A stretch of DNA of 64,000 nucleotides, from IMG/VR virus record IMGVR_UViG_3300043438_001827, positions 32,001 to 96,000 of that record; one strand, written 5' to 3'. A program made the translations under genes and the position numbers. A model generated the notes under the pieces. It did not search any database and was not told where the DNA came from. It worked only from the letters and a program-made list of their open reading frames with translations. Of the stretch, positions 25,159 to 36,700 are shown in pieces (position 1 is the stretch's first letter; each line of letters opens with the position of its first letter). This DNA comes from a virus.

Positions 25159-25524
25159 ATGACAAAAATATATCCAAAATTTGATAAAAAAATAGCAGAC
25201 AGTTTAAGCGCAGCTAGAATTCAACAAACAAAAACTAGACCTGGTGTTGTAATGTCTTTCGACAGAAAGAAGAACACTGCAATAATAGTACTAGAAGATA
25301 AAATGTCTGGTTCTATAGGGGAAATTATAAAAGATGTACCGTGTCCAGATATACAGGGTATCCAAACCGTTGCACCAACAGCAGGATCAAGATGCATAGT
25401 TTCTTTTCGAGATGACAACGAAAGATACCCCCATATAGTATCATTTATAAATGATATTAATTTCCAATCTAAATACCGTGTCAACTATGGTGTTGACACA
25501 GGTGTTCCTAACTTTTTAATATAA
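25159..25524 (+). CDS. Baseplate spike/assembly protein, gpV/gp5 N-terminal OB-fold-like
   Basis: RPGVVMSFD..TAIIVL..KDVPCP..APTAGSRCIVSF..YPHIV pattern; ATG at 25159 after AAGGAAAA; position upstream of the wedge and J genes. Confidence 0.6.
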   Translation: MTKIYPKFDKKIADSLSAARIQQTKTRPGVVMSFDRKKNTAIIVLEDKMSGSIGEIIKDVPCPDIQGIQTVAPTAGSRCIVSFRDDNERYPHIVSFINDINFQSKYRVNYGVDTGVPNFLI

Positions 25525-25526
25525 TC

Positions 25527-26225
25527 ATGAACCCAAACGACCCAATAGTAAAAAATTATAGTTCAAATGCAAAAAACTATATATCTGAAAAAAATGAGTA
25601 TGAAAAAAGAAAAAACTTTTCATCTAGAGAAGTTGGGTTGACCCATCCTGATAATTCTTCTTTTATTCGCTTAACCGATTCTGGAGATATAGAAATTTTT
25701 ACAGCACCAGGAGTTGGCATGATTATAAGTGGATCTACTAGAAGCATATCTCTTTTTGCTGACAGTATAAGATTTCACACCAAGGAAAATGGTTTAAAGT
25801 GGAATTCTATGGATTTTAATCATTCGGCAGACGATTTCACTGAGCCAACTTTATTGAAATCTAATCCAGATCAATACAACCCAGCTTATATAAACATAGG
25901 TAAATATATAGATGAATTGATAAAAATAAACGAAGAGGAACAACAGGAAGTAAAACCAACTATTACTATAGGAGGGGAGTATCAATTTGTTGACACTACT
26001 GCAGATTTAACTGGTAATTACGGTTTCCTTTCTGGTAATGACTCTTCTTCTTTATTTACTGAGGATCAAATCAGTATAATTAAAATTAGCTGGGAAACAA
26101 ATATAACTCCTGTAAATAATAATATTAGCTTGGGTGAATTTACTGACTACATTGTAAATTTAATGCAAAGTGGCTATACATTTAATCAAGCTAGAGATAA
26201 GGCGTTAAGGGACAAAATTGGGTGA
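25527..26225 (+). CDS. Putative spike beta-strand-rich protein (232 aa)
   Basis: Segment VGLTHPDNSSFIRLTDSGDIEIFTAPGVGMIISG resembles the C-terminal beta-repeats of gpV; baseplate context. Confidence 0.45.
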   Translation: MNPNDPIVKNYSSNAKNYISEKNEYEKRKNFSSREVGLTHPDNSSFIRLTDSGDIEIFTAPGVGMIISGSTRSISLFADSIRFHTKENGLKWNSMDFNHSADDFTEPTLLKSNPDQYNPAYINIGKYIDELIKINEEEQQEVKPTITIGGEYQFVDTTADLTGNYGFLSGNDSSSLFTEDQISIIKISWETNITPVNNNISLGEFTDYIVNLMQSGYTFNQARDKALRDKIG

Positions 26226-26598
26226 TTTTTATATAGACTTATCTGGAGACCTTAAGGTTACCGGCAATGGAGACATTGCAACAACTCAAAGCCCAGCAGA
26301 AGTTGACGTTCAACAAATATACTTAAGGCTGATGACTGAACCTGGTGATTTCTATATATATCCAGGCTTAGGCACAGACTTAGCAATGCTTTACGGAATG
26401 CCTCAAACTCCAGAAACTGGAGAATTAGGTAAGCGAATTATAAGATCTGCCTTAGAAAGAGAAGGAATATTCTCTAATAGAAAAATTATGATTGAGGCAG
26501 TTCCCACTTCCGAAGACTCTATAAGATTTGACGTTTTCATAATTACCGAATTCAAAGAACCAACAGTACTATCTATTACTCAGACACTAGGGGTGTAA
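26218..26598 (+). CDS. Baseplate wedge protein, gp25/GPW-like
   Basis: GDLKVTGNGDIA..QQIYLRLMTEPGDF..YPGLGTDL..G pattern, directly upstream of baseplate J; TTG start. Confidence 0.75.
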   Translation: MGDFYIDLSGDLKVTGNGDIATTQSPAEVDVQQIYLRLMTEPGDFYIYPGLGTDLAMLYGMPQTPETGELGKRIIRSALEREGIFSNRKIMIEAVPTSEDSIRFDVFIITEFKEPTVLSITQTLGV

Positions 26599-26602
26599 TT
26601 TA

Positions 26603-27772
26603 ATGCCTATTTATAACTTAAAATCAAGAGACCAAATGCTTATTGAGGTCGTTGACGCCCTACAAAAAAATGCAGGGATTACTGCGGTATCCCCAGGTTC
26701 TATAGCCAGGGCATTTGCAGAAGCGATAACCACTGAAGTGTCAGACCTTTATAGTGCATTTAAGCTTAGTATAGAGCAGTCAACCTTAGCAATGGCGACA
26801 GGAAAAAATTTAGATGCAATAGGAGAACTCTACAGCGTAAGCAGAAGAAGCATATCTGATGAACTAACCGTAGACAGGCTAACCTCTAATATAGAATTCT
26901 TTATCAGCGTACCATATTCTGCAGATATTACAATTCCAAAAGGGACATTGGTCTATACGGCTGTTGATAATTTCAACGATATTCAATACGCTTACGAATT
27001 AACTAATAATGTAACTATTTTATCTGGATTAACAAGAGAATATGGCACAGTACAAGCAAAGTTTTCAGATACTGGTATTACAGCGGCAAGGAATACTGTG
27101 GTAAAACACAATTTCATAGGACCTCCTGGAGCTGCAATCTTTTGCAATAACCCTAAAGAAATATATAGCTCTTTAAACTCTGAGTCAGATGACAATTTCA
27201 GAAGAAGGATTATAGCATCGGTCCGAAGTAAGGGAACCGGAACCGCTGAGTCTCTTAGATTTGCCGCCCTTGCCGTCAAAGGCGTAAAGGATGTAAAAAT
27301 CAGAGAAGGTTCTTACGGTATAGGTTCTTGCGACTTAATAGTCGTACCAGAAAGCCTATCAGGAATGAACGCCCTTCCAGAAATCGTTTTTACCGCAGTA
27401 AGCGGGATAAAACCAGTTGGTATACGCATAAATGTAAGAATGGCCCAAAGAAAGAACGTCGATGTTACTGCTACATTAACCCTTAGAGAAGGAACGACAT
27501 CTCAACTAGCTAGATCCGCAGAAGCACAGGCTAGAATATTCTTAACTAGATACTTAAATTCTTTTTCAATAGGAGATTCTATATCAATCAAAGAGATGGA
27601 ATCCCAGATGAAATTTGCCTCTGACTTAATCCTTTCCGCTACGATAAATAATGTTGCAGTAGATAAAAAGAATATATCAAATACCGACTATAGATTGTCT
27701 GATGATAGAAGTTTCATGATAGCTGGCGCAGTAGCTGTATATTCTGTTATAATTGGTACTTCAAACTACTAA
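26603..27772 (+). CDS. Baseplate J-like protein
   Basis: PGSIARAFAEA, ATGKNLDAIG..R, ITIPKGT, ESDDNFRRRI and GTAESLRFAALAVKGV are typical baseplate J/gp47 motifs; this implies a contractile tail. Confidence 0.85.
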   Translation: MPIYNLKSRDQMLIEVVDALQKNAGITAVSPGSIARAFAEAITTEVSDLYSAFKLSIEQSTLAMATGKNLDAIGELYSVSRRSISDELTVDRLTSNIEFFISVPYSADITIPKGTLVYTAVDNFNDIQYAYELTNNVTILSGLTREYGTVQAKFSDTGITAARNTVVKHNFIGPPGAAIFCNNPKEIYSSLNSESDDNFRRRIIASVRSKGTGTAESLRFAALAVKGVKDVKIREGSYGIGSCDLIVVPESLSGMNALPEIVFTAVSGIKPVGIRINVRMAQRKNVDVTATLTLREGTTSQLARSAEAQARIFLTRYLNSFSIGDSISIKEMESQMKFASDLILSATINNVAVDKKNISNTDYRLSDDRSFMIAGAVAVYSVIIGTSNY

Positions 27773-27789
27773 ATTTAAAGAAGGCTTTA

Positions 27790-28989
27790 ATGTCAGATAA
27801 AATGTATACTGTAGTACGTAAGCAGATTGTAAAAGCTGCCAATATGACACATGCTAGAAATATAGCAGATGGCTACGAAGATTTTCCAGGTGAGTTGATG
27901 TCCGATGAACTCAATACGGAATTGTCTAATCAAAAGGTGTCGTCTAATCAGACTATCCTCATAGAAGATTCTTCTGACTTGGAAGTTCCTACCTTTAATG
28001 ACAGAGGGGACTTTCTTAGATCCGAGAATAGAAGATTGGCCAGATTAGCAGATAAATACAAGAACGTAAAAGATGAAGCCGTAGTAGCAATATACGAGGC
28101 AGCATATGATGCGTTTAGTACCATAAGCCTTCCTCCAGTCAAGAAACCAGTCTTAAAATCAGGCTTAGGCGAGCCAGAAACAGCTGTAGCTGTATTCGCA
28201 GACTGGCAGCTAGGTAAGGTCACTCCTGACTACAACTCTAACGTAGCTGCTCAAAGAATAGAACTTTATACAGAGAAGCTTCTTGAAATTACTGAAATTC
28301 AAAGAAAACACCATCCGGTTAATAACCTTCATGTGTGGATGCTGGGAGATATAGTTGAGGGTGAAGAAATTTTCCCTGGACAAGCACACTTGATTGACTC
28401 TGGTTTATATCGACAGGTTGGAGTAAATGGACCAGAGATTATAGCCAAGTTCCTAAGAACTGCTTTGGAGAACTTTGAGCATGTGCATGTTACTGGGGTA
28501 ATAGGAAATCATGGTGCCGTTGGTGGTCGAGGAAGAAAGCAACACGATCCAGAAACTAATATGGATAGACTTCTTTACCAAATCATTAGACTAATATTTA
28601 AAGATGAGCCAAGAATTACCTTTAATATTCCAGATGGAAAAGGCGAAAGACACTGGTATGCTGTCGACACTATAGGAAATTATAGTAGTCTTTTAATTCA
28701 CGGTGATCAATTACCTTCACCCAATGCCTTTCATGGTTACTATAAAAAGATAATGGGCTGGAAAGATGGTGCAATTCCGGAGCATTTTGATGATGTGTTC
28801 ATGGGTCACTATCACCAATCTTTTAAGATGACGATAGGCAGCGCAACATTGAGAATTTCTGGTTCACCAGAAAGCTACAACACCTATGCACAAGAGTTCT
28901 TCTCTTCTATGAGTAGACCTTCTCAGCAACTTATGTATGTACATCCTCAAAATGGACTCACTTGTGAATACAGTATTTGGTTAGACTAG
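27790..28989 (+). CDS. Calcineurin-like metallophosphoesterase
   Basis: Motifs ADWQLG (DxQ variant of DxH), LGDIVEG, GNHG, HGD and GHYH. Confidence 0.85.
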   Translation: MSDKMYTVVRKQIVKAANMTHARNIADGYEDFPGELMSDELNTELSNQKVSSNQTILIEDSSDLEVPTFNDRGDFLRSENRRLARLADKYKNVKDEAVVAIYEAAYDAFSTISLPPVKKPVLKSGLGEPETAVAVFADWQLGKVTPDYNSNVAAQRIELYTEKLLEITEIQRKHHPVNNLHVWMLGDIVEGEEIFPGQAHLIDSGLYRQVGVNGPEIIAKFLRTALENFEHVHVTGVIGNHGAVGGRGRKQHDPETNMDRLLYQIIRLIFKDEPRITFNIPDGKGERHWYAVDTIGNYSSLLIHGDQLPSPNAFHGYYKKIMGWKDGAIPEHFDDVFMGHYHQSFKMTIGSATLRISGSPESYNTYAQEFFSSMSRPSQQLMYVHPQNGLTCEYSIWLD

Positions 28990-29004
28990 TAAAAAGGTTT
29001 TTAA

Positions 29005-32000
29005 ATGAAAAGTTATCTATTAAGTTTTACTAGTTATGATTTTAGTAAAAATGGTAAAACTTGGGTTACAAGTCCAGTAGATCTTTATTTTAACAAATAC
29101 TATACTAATTTTAGTAATAAAAGATCAAGAACCGGTAATAACTTAATAGGTGACTATACATTTACTGGTACGGAAAAAACAGGCGATGCCTATATTTACG
29201 TAGACAGCACCCAGTATAGTAGCCCTAACTTTATTTTCCAAACCCCTGGAGCCACTGCTAACTATGGAGCCACTGCTAACTATCTTCTATATACAGACAC
29301 AAATTTTAATTTAATATCAACACCATCATTCTTGCAAACAGTTTACCAAACAAACTATGGTGAGGTAGTACAAGATATAGCCACTCCTAGCCTAATGAGA
29401 CTGGTTGATACATCTTCTAGGGTAGATATAAGATCATTTAGAGGAGCATTCTCCAACCGTCTTGGTGGAATAGAAAATATAACCTATAACATAAGCGTTT
29501 ATGAGTCTGATTCACAGGAGCGGACCATGGCTCCTTTCCACCACTACATCTTCTGAATCCCTGGGGACTCTACTTCTAGCTAAAGACTCTAAAAGGTACG
29601 CTAAGTTTGAAATAACAATAGATACTCAAGTAACCGATGTAAACGTTTTAGATTTTGTATTAATAGTTGAAATAGCTATATCTGAACCGATAACACCGGT
29701 CTTATCTAGATCAGCAAAAAACATACTAAGAAAATTTCCATCATGGATGGAGATGTATTCCGATTCAGAAGATCAAGTTAACCAAGATAACTATGTTCCA
29801 AAAAGTGTTGGTGGAAAATTCATAAATGCTATAGTTTCTGAAAACTTAGATTACTTTGACACACAAGTAGATATACATAATATAAATCGCTTTATAGGTA
29901 GTGCTGACTTAAATCAAGTAGCATGGATGTGGTCTTCATTAAACGTTCCAAATACTTATAACAAGATTATAGGTGACAACATAGAGTTAACTAGACTAGA
30001 CAGCATGACTGACCTATATGAAGCTAGAAATACAGATTATGTTTATTTTCACAATCCAGTTAACAGACAAATAATTACAATTAGAAATTTTGAATCTTTA
30101 ATTGCGTATAATAATAATACTACTTCAGTGGAATTGCCTCAGATACCAATTCAAAGGTTCAACTGGTTTGATGAATTTGGTGCACGAGTAGGACTAAATA
30201 GGCTTTATCTAGAAGAGAATGAATCATTTAAGTTTAGAATATTAGACGTTTTTATCAATCCTATTTCTACTGATATAAATGGATTTAAAAGAACTTTAAG
30301 AAGAGAACTTAATCTTTGGGATGCTTTTGGCGCAACACCAGATCACACAACCGATTATGCTACTCCATTGATTATGGAAATGTCTGACATAGAATCTTCT
30401 TTGGAATATTTTAACGCTGATGGTAGTCCAAAAGAAAAATTTACAAATTTAGTAATTAAATTAAATGAAAAATATCCAACTAATTGGGGTTATTTCTCAT
30501 TCAACAATGCTATTTGGGACACTGCTGGTTTAAATCAAGAGGGAGTTAATAGACTAAGTGCTAATTATAGTGATGAAATAAATGATTTTGCTTATTATCA
30601 ACCAGGTGTTGGCGATCTTTCTGATAGCGAAATAATAATCTATGATAATTCTGCTACTCCTCAATGGTTTACTACTAGCTTAGTAGCAACTGGAAAAAAG
30701 AAGATTGGTACACATTTAGAAAATTCACCAATTGAAATTAATTATGAATATTATTCAGATTACAAGAGATACATTTACGATAATCAGAGTGCTACTATAA
30801 ATCTAACAGTGGAAGCAACGTTACTGCCTTATGGTACAAGTGCAACACCAAGACTTATTTATTCTCCTATAACTAGATTTGTTAAAAACCAGCATGCTCC
30901 TACAAGTAGCGCAAGTCCAGAATTCAATACAGTTCAAATATTTGATACAGATGGTTATTTGAGTAGCGATCTAAATTTTAGATATAAAGACACGAAACAA
31001 TTAGCTACAATTAATTTCAATAACCTATATTCAACAACTAGAATTCCATATAATAAGATTTCTGATATGAGATTAAAGAATGGATTATGGAATGGATCAC
31101 AGTATGCAACACCAAATTCAGATACGTTTGCAGCTTTCTTTTCCCATAAATCAGACAAGCTTATTTCTACCAGTTCAGAAATAAATGCCAGTACTCCATC
31201 TTTTACACCAAATACTGTAATAAAACTAGTATCAAATGTTTATAATTTAAAGCAAGTTATCGAAGAAACAGTTCCTGTAAAAGACAAGATCACGTTAAAT
31301 GATACTGTAGATGCAAGTAAAAAGAATGTAAACCTTCCTCTTGATTTAATCAAATCTAATATAATTTACCCAGTTGGAGCAACTCCTCAATATACGTACA
31401 TAAATGTTATACCTCCAACAAACACGTTCAACTCTCCAGATCAGGATGTCTCTGACAATATCTCTGTTTATGGTGGAGCAGCTAATTACACAGAACTAGA
31501 TAGAGATTTATTTGTTCCATCTTCTCCTAATATTACTGCTTCCATATATGGAAGTTCACTTCCTTCCAATTCTTTTGGTTTTATAAACTCTGAAAATACA
31601 GCTTCTACTGTCAACTATTATTTTGGTAAATTAAAATACGATGCAACAGCAACTCCTAGATCCATAACTATCAAATCAAATGAAGTAAATACTTATCCTT
31701 TTGAAATAATAGATTGGGAACCATTTGAAATTCATTCAACCCCTAAAATATCTGGAATTGTTGATGAAAATGGAATTGTAAAATATCTTCTTGAAAATGG
31801 AGAATACATACCTGGATTAAACAGTAACATAATAGATTTACCAGAAATAACAAGAGAAACTTTTGGCATTTCTGGATCTTCAAAGTTTGATTATTTCTTT
31901 GAAAATATAAAAGTTTTAGATCCAGAAAGTGTTAATGTATCAATCTGGTCTGATCAATCTGTAGTAAAACCATTCTTAAATAGAACATTTGTATTAGAAT

Positions 32001-33799
32001 CTAGTGTAGCTAACGCCATCAGTAATGCGGAAACCCACATACAAATAATAGACTATCCTTTAGACTCAGTAGTAGAATCCTTTAACTCAACAAGAAATAC
32101 AACTATTTTTAGTAATATAAGAGTAAGAGGAAAGTTGTATGATAATAAAATTGATTCAAGGTTAAGAACTGGTTGGCTGTCTATAGGAAAAGAAGAAAAA
32201 TATATATATGCAGATCCAATAACAGAAAATTTTACTGGCAATCTTTTTTCTGTACAATTAACCCACAAACCACACCAAGGTGCACCGATTATAGTTGATG
32301 TTTTAGATCAAGATTCTACTCCAGTAACTTTTTATCAGGAGATAGCATTCTCCGATCAAGCTACTCCAGGTAAAATATCTTTTTATAATAAAGAAGTTTT
32401 AAAGCCAAAACCAGATAATTCATTCTATTTAGGATACAAAAACGTTTACGACCTTTCGATTAAAGACTTAAACACAGGAGAAACAATACAAAGTAATTAT
32501 GCAACTCCTGGGTATACAGCTCTAGCGAGCGATCCGAATAGACCACTAACGATGAACAGAGAATACGAAATCATATATAGAGTTAAGGATTCATACTATA
32601 TAGACACTGTTAATGTAGGAGATGAGTACAAAGCTCAAATACATTTTGATTCTACTCCAGGTAGCTCCTATAAATATGAAGTTACTTATGAGAATTCCGT
32701 ATCCGCAACTTCTACCCCTTTAGTTATCAACATGGATCCTTTGACTTCATGGATAGGGGAAGGATACTTAGCAATATCAGATCAGGAATATAGTTTTGAC
32801 AGAGTCCAATGCTATATCTCTCCACCTTACGTGGTTAATGATGGACATGATTATTGTGACATTTCAATAATTTCCTTAGATATAAACGGAAACCCAAAAC
32901 CACATCAATCTTTTAATATTACAACCAATAAGCTAACATCTTCAGTCGGTAGAATAACTACAGACTTAGAAGGATATGGTCATTTTACTGTTATATCAAA
33001 TTATTCAACAACTACTAAACAAAACGGAACCATAACAGTTTCAGGTATCAATTATCAATCTGACCCAACTGCCCACAAAAATAGCCAATCAGCTAGTTCT
33101 GTTACGGATATAACTATAGAGATTATACCTCAAGATACTTATGTATCAAATAAGATAAAGGCAGACGTTGTAAGTAAAAAAATTCAAGCAGATTCAGTGT
33201 CCAATAACTTTATCAATGGCATAGTAACTGAAAACGGAATACCCTCTACTGATACTGTTATATACTGGAGAAAAGCAAGATATAATCATACTATCTTTAA
33301 TTCAATTAATTACTCTACTTCCTCTGCTGCTCCTGGGTCATCTAATACTTCAGGTTCAGCAAGAACTGATTCTGAGGGTAAATTTTCAATAGGACCATTT
33401 ACTGCTAAGGATAATTCAGATCCAGGATACTGGTTTGTTGCAGTAGAGACAGACTTTAGCTCAACCTTGTCTGCAACCCCTACTACAACTGACGGTGATA
33501 TAGTTTACTGGTTAGAGGAATATGACTCAATTAATTATAATTATATAAACACTATAAATATAGTCGATGTTGTCAACTATGATTCTCAAAAATCACTTGA
33601 CCTTTATGCCACACCTAACTTCCTTCTTAATTACTATAGTGTAGACAAAGTAGATGTTTTGCACTCCACCCCAAGATGGTCTCCACCAAAATGGTTTGCC
33701 ACTAGCAGATATGATCAATATCAATCTGGTAGATTGGGTAATGTCCCATATAGCATTAATAATTATAATAATTTAATAAAAGATTATGAGGAAGAATAA
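29005..33799 (+). CDS. Large virion structural protein, about 1597 aa, with one +1 frameshift at CGG 29521
   Basis: ORFs 29005-29556 and 29501-33799 join at GAG CGG ACC (reading E-G-P-W-L-L-S). It contains a wedge-like motif FDEFGARVGLNRLYLEENESFKFRI, an Ig-like S/T-rich C-terminus and 19 [A/S]TP motifs. Confidence 0.65.
29248..29283 (+). repeat. Perfect in-frame 18-bp tandem duplication (GGAGCCACTGCTAACTAT x2, encoding GATANY x2)
   Basis: Read directly from the sequence. Confidence 0.95.
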
Positions 33800-36700
33800 T
33801 GAAAAAGTTTGTTGATAAAACTAAAAACGGTAAAGAAAATAGCGTTAAAAAACTTAATAATTTACCAAAAAATGAATCAACATTTGCTGTAAGTTGGTTT
33901 TCCAATAAGAGCATAACACCAGGTAATACTGTTTCCATAACAGACATATCTATGTTAATCCCAGAAAATTCTAATCCTTCAGCTTTAACTGGAAATTATA
34001 CTAATTCAAAAATTTATTATGCTAATGAAGTTGGGGTTTTAGAAGACGCCAATGGAAACACTTTATTTAATAGCGATAATTTAAGCATTAGTGATCTTTT
34101 GTTGTCGGAACAGACAATGGACAGGCAGTATACCGTATCGGATGTTCAGTCTAAAAATTTTGTTCACTCATATTACATTTCTAGATATTATACATTATTA
34201 GACTCTAATTCCTACTCTATTAATGGAATAGAAGATTATGTTCCAACTCAAAACTTACCTACAAGTATTAGCGTCATAGACAGTAATGGACAAGACTATA
34301 TAGATCCTATTACTAGAGCTAAAAAATATAGAATTTTACTACAACCAATAAACGTTGACGGTTTACAAAAGTCTAATAAAAAACCATATTCAATAATAGT
34401 TTTAATGGATGAAAATAGTCCAAAGCGGACTTACTTTAATATATGATAAAGTTTCAATAGCAGAGAACAATGCTATATCTTCGGCATCATTCAGGTATAA
34501 AGAAAATATTAATTCACTATCACTATTTCAAAAAATAAGTGAAGAATCTGTAGTAGCCGACCTAACATCAAGATCTAAGAAAATATACGCAAAAAAACCG
34601 ACTACTAATAAAGCTCAAAATATTAACATAGAAAATTCTTTGAATGAAGGTTTTGAGGTCTTTGTTCCGAAAAAAGCTTTGTCAGATAATAGAACGTACG
34701 AAACTTTTAACTGGAGATTAATAGCTAAAATCAATAAGCAGATAAATATATCTTCTATAAATTATGGTAATGAAATAGATCAAGAAGGAAATATAAAACA
34801 AAAAGAAATTAAATGTGCAGTTTTGTGTACTTCAGCTGATTTAAATTCCTTTAGAATATCTGGAAACTTCTCAGGATCAAACCCTTATATATTTAAAAGA
34901 TTGTCAATATCTGATTTTAATCTTTCAAGATACACCTTTACAAATCCATTGGCACCAGCAGGAAAGTCCGATACTCAAGCAGAATACTGGCTGGTCGATA
35001 TAGATAATGTATCTACATTAGAAGATTTTGACGTAGTAGCATGGTCGCCTACATCTCCAATTTCTTCAGCTAATGGAAACAAAATAAAATACTTTATAGA
35101 AAATAAAAACGGCACTGCTATATTAGACTTGTCGGCAGAATCCTTGACGCCTACATCTGCGAATAGTATTTACCCATACCTAACACTTAGCTCTGCTACA
35201 GTCGAGCTAAACAGTTGGATTTATAACGTTGATAATATATTTATAAATGAACAAAAAACCAACGCTTGGCCGATATCTGACTCTATTTTTGAATCTGTTA
35301 ATAATCAAACATTTTATGGAATTTATGGAAGCAGTATTTATTCCTCTAGTGGTACAAAAAAACAATATAGACATTTTACCAGCACCTCTATAGCAGCTTC
35401 TAATATAATACTAAAAGAAAATACTGGTGGTTTAAACAGACCATTATTTATTAGCGTAGAACACGTCCCTCAAGCTGACTCATTAGTAAGAGGAAATATT
35501 TTAGCAACTACCGCACCAGTCATGAGATATTGCAATAATCTCTATAATCCATCTTCTATAGCTGATTCTAGTCAGGAAAATAGCTCAAGTTCTATGATTA
35601 CAGAAACTAGAGTTAGTCCAACATCTGCAATAGAGCGGACCTATGAAGATATTGTACAATGCAGTTGCCGTTGCGGCACTTTCAAAAATGCAGTCTTCAA
35701 GAATAACCGACCTTAGATCATCTACGTATTACGTGACTGGAAACTGGAATTCATCTTACGTACTAAATGGATCTGTTTTGTTGGATTCCGAAAAAGCACC
35801 ATATACGCAGATCCAAGATTCTCTTTTCAATACTGCCGGGGCTGGAGTTACAAAATACTCTAAAAATTTAACATCTTCGTATGGTTCAATATTAGATTAT
35901 TATAAGAAAATTTGCTACGATACAATACCGGATTCATACAGTATTCTAGCTCAAGATATAGATTTGTCTAATCTACAAATATTTATAGAAGTAACAAATC
36001 CAGATGTTAATATAGCTAATAACCAGCTAGTTAATAACGATCATCTAACTGGAGATTTAAGTGACATACCAACTTCTTATAAGCTATATAAAGTACCGCC
36101 TACTCAATATGCCGCACACGCTTATGCATATACTGATTCTACCTCTCTTCCTTTTGTAATTCCTGGTGGTTTTGGTCCTCATATAATTAAGGAAAAAGTT
36201 ATTAATAGAAGCAGTGATGTTTCTTCTGATAATTTTTCCAACAAATTAACACCAGCAACATATAAAAATTATGATTTTAATTTTAATACATTTAGTTCTT
36301 ATGTACAATCTTCAGAAAGTCCAACATCACTAGATGTTCGATGGGCAGCTGAAATGACAGCCATCGGAACAGCTACACACAGTGCGACAAGAACAGTTAA
36401 AGGCTACACTAATCTAATAACGCAATACTATAATCTATCTGATGGTTATTCAGATGTAGATGCTAATGATAAAGCTAGAAAAAAGATTAAAGCAATTGCT
36501 GATCCACAAAGAAGAATAGAATCAATAAGAAATAACTTTTTTTACAGTGGAGACATTGAGATAAATAAATACTACCTTCAATACGGTACTGATCCTGAAG
36601 ACAGAAAAACAGGTGAATATGTAAAGTATATTCAATACACTCTTGCCAATAGTGGTATAGATGAGATAAAAAAGATTAAGATAGATGGAATATACGGCAG

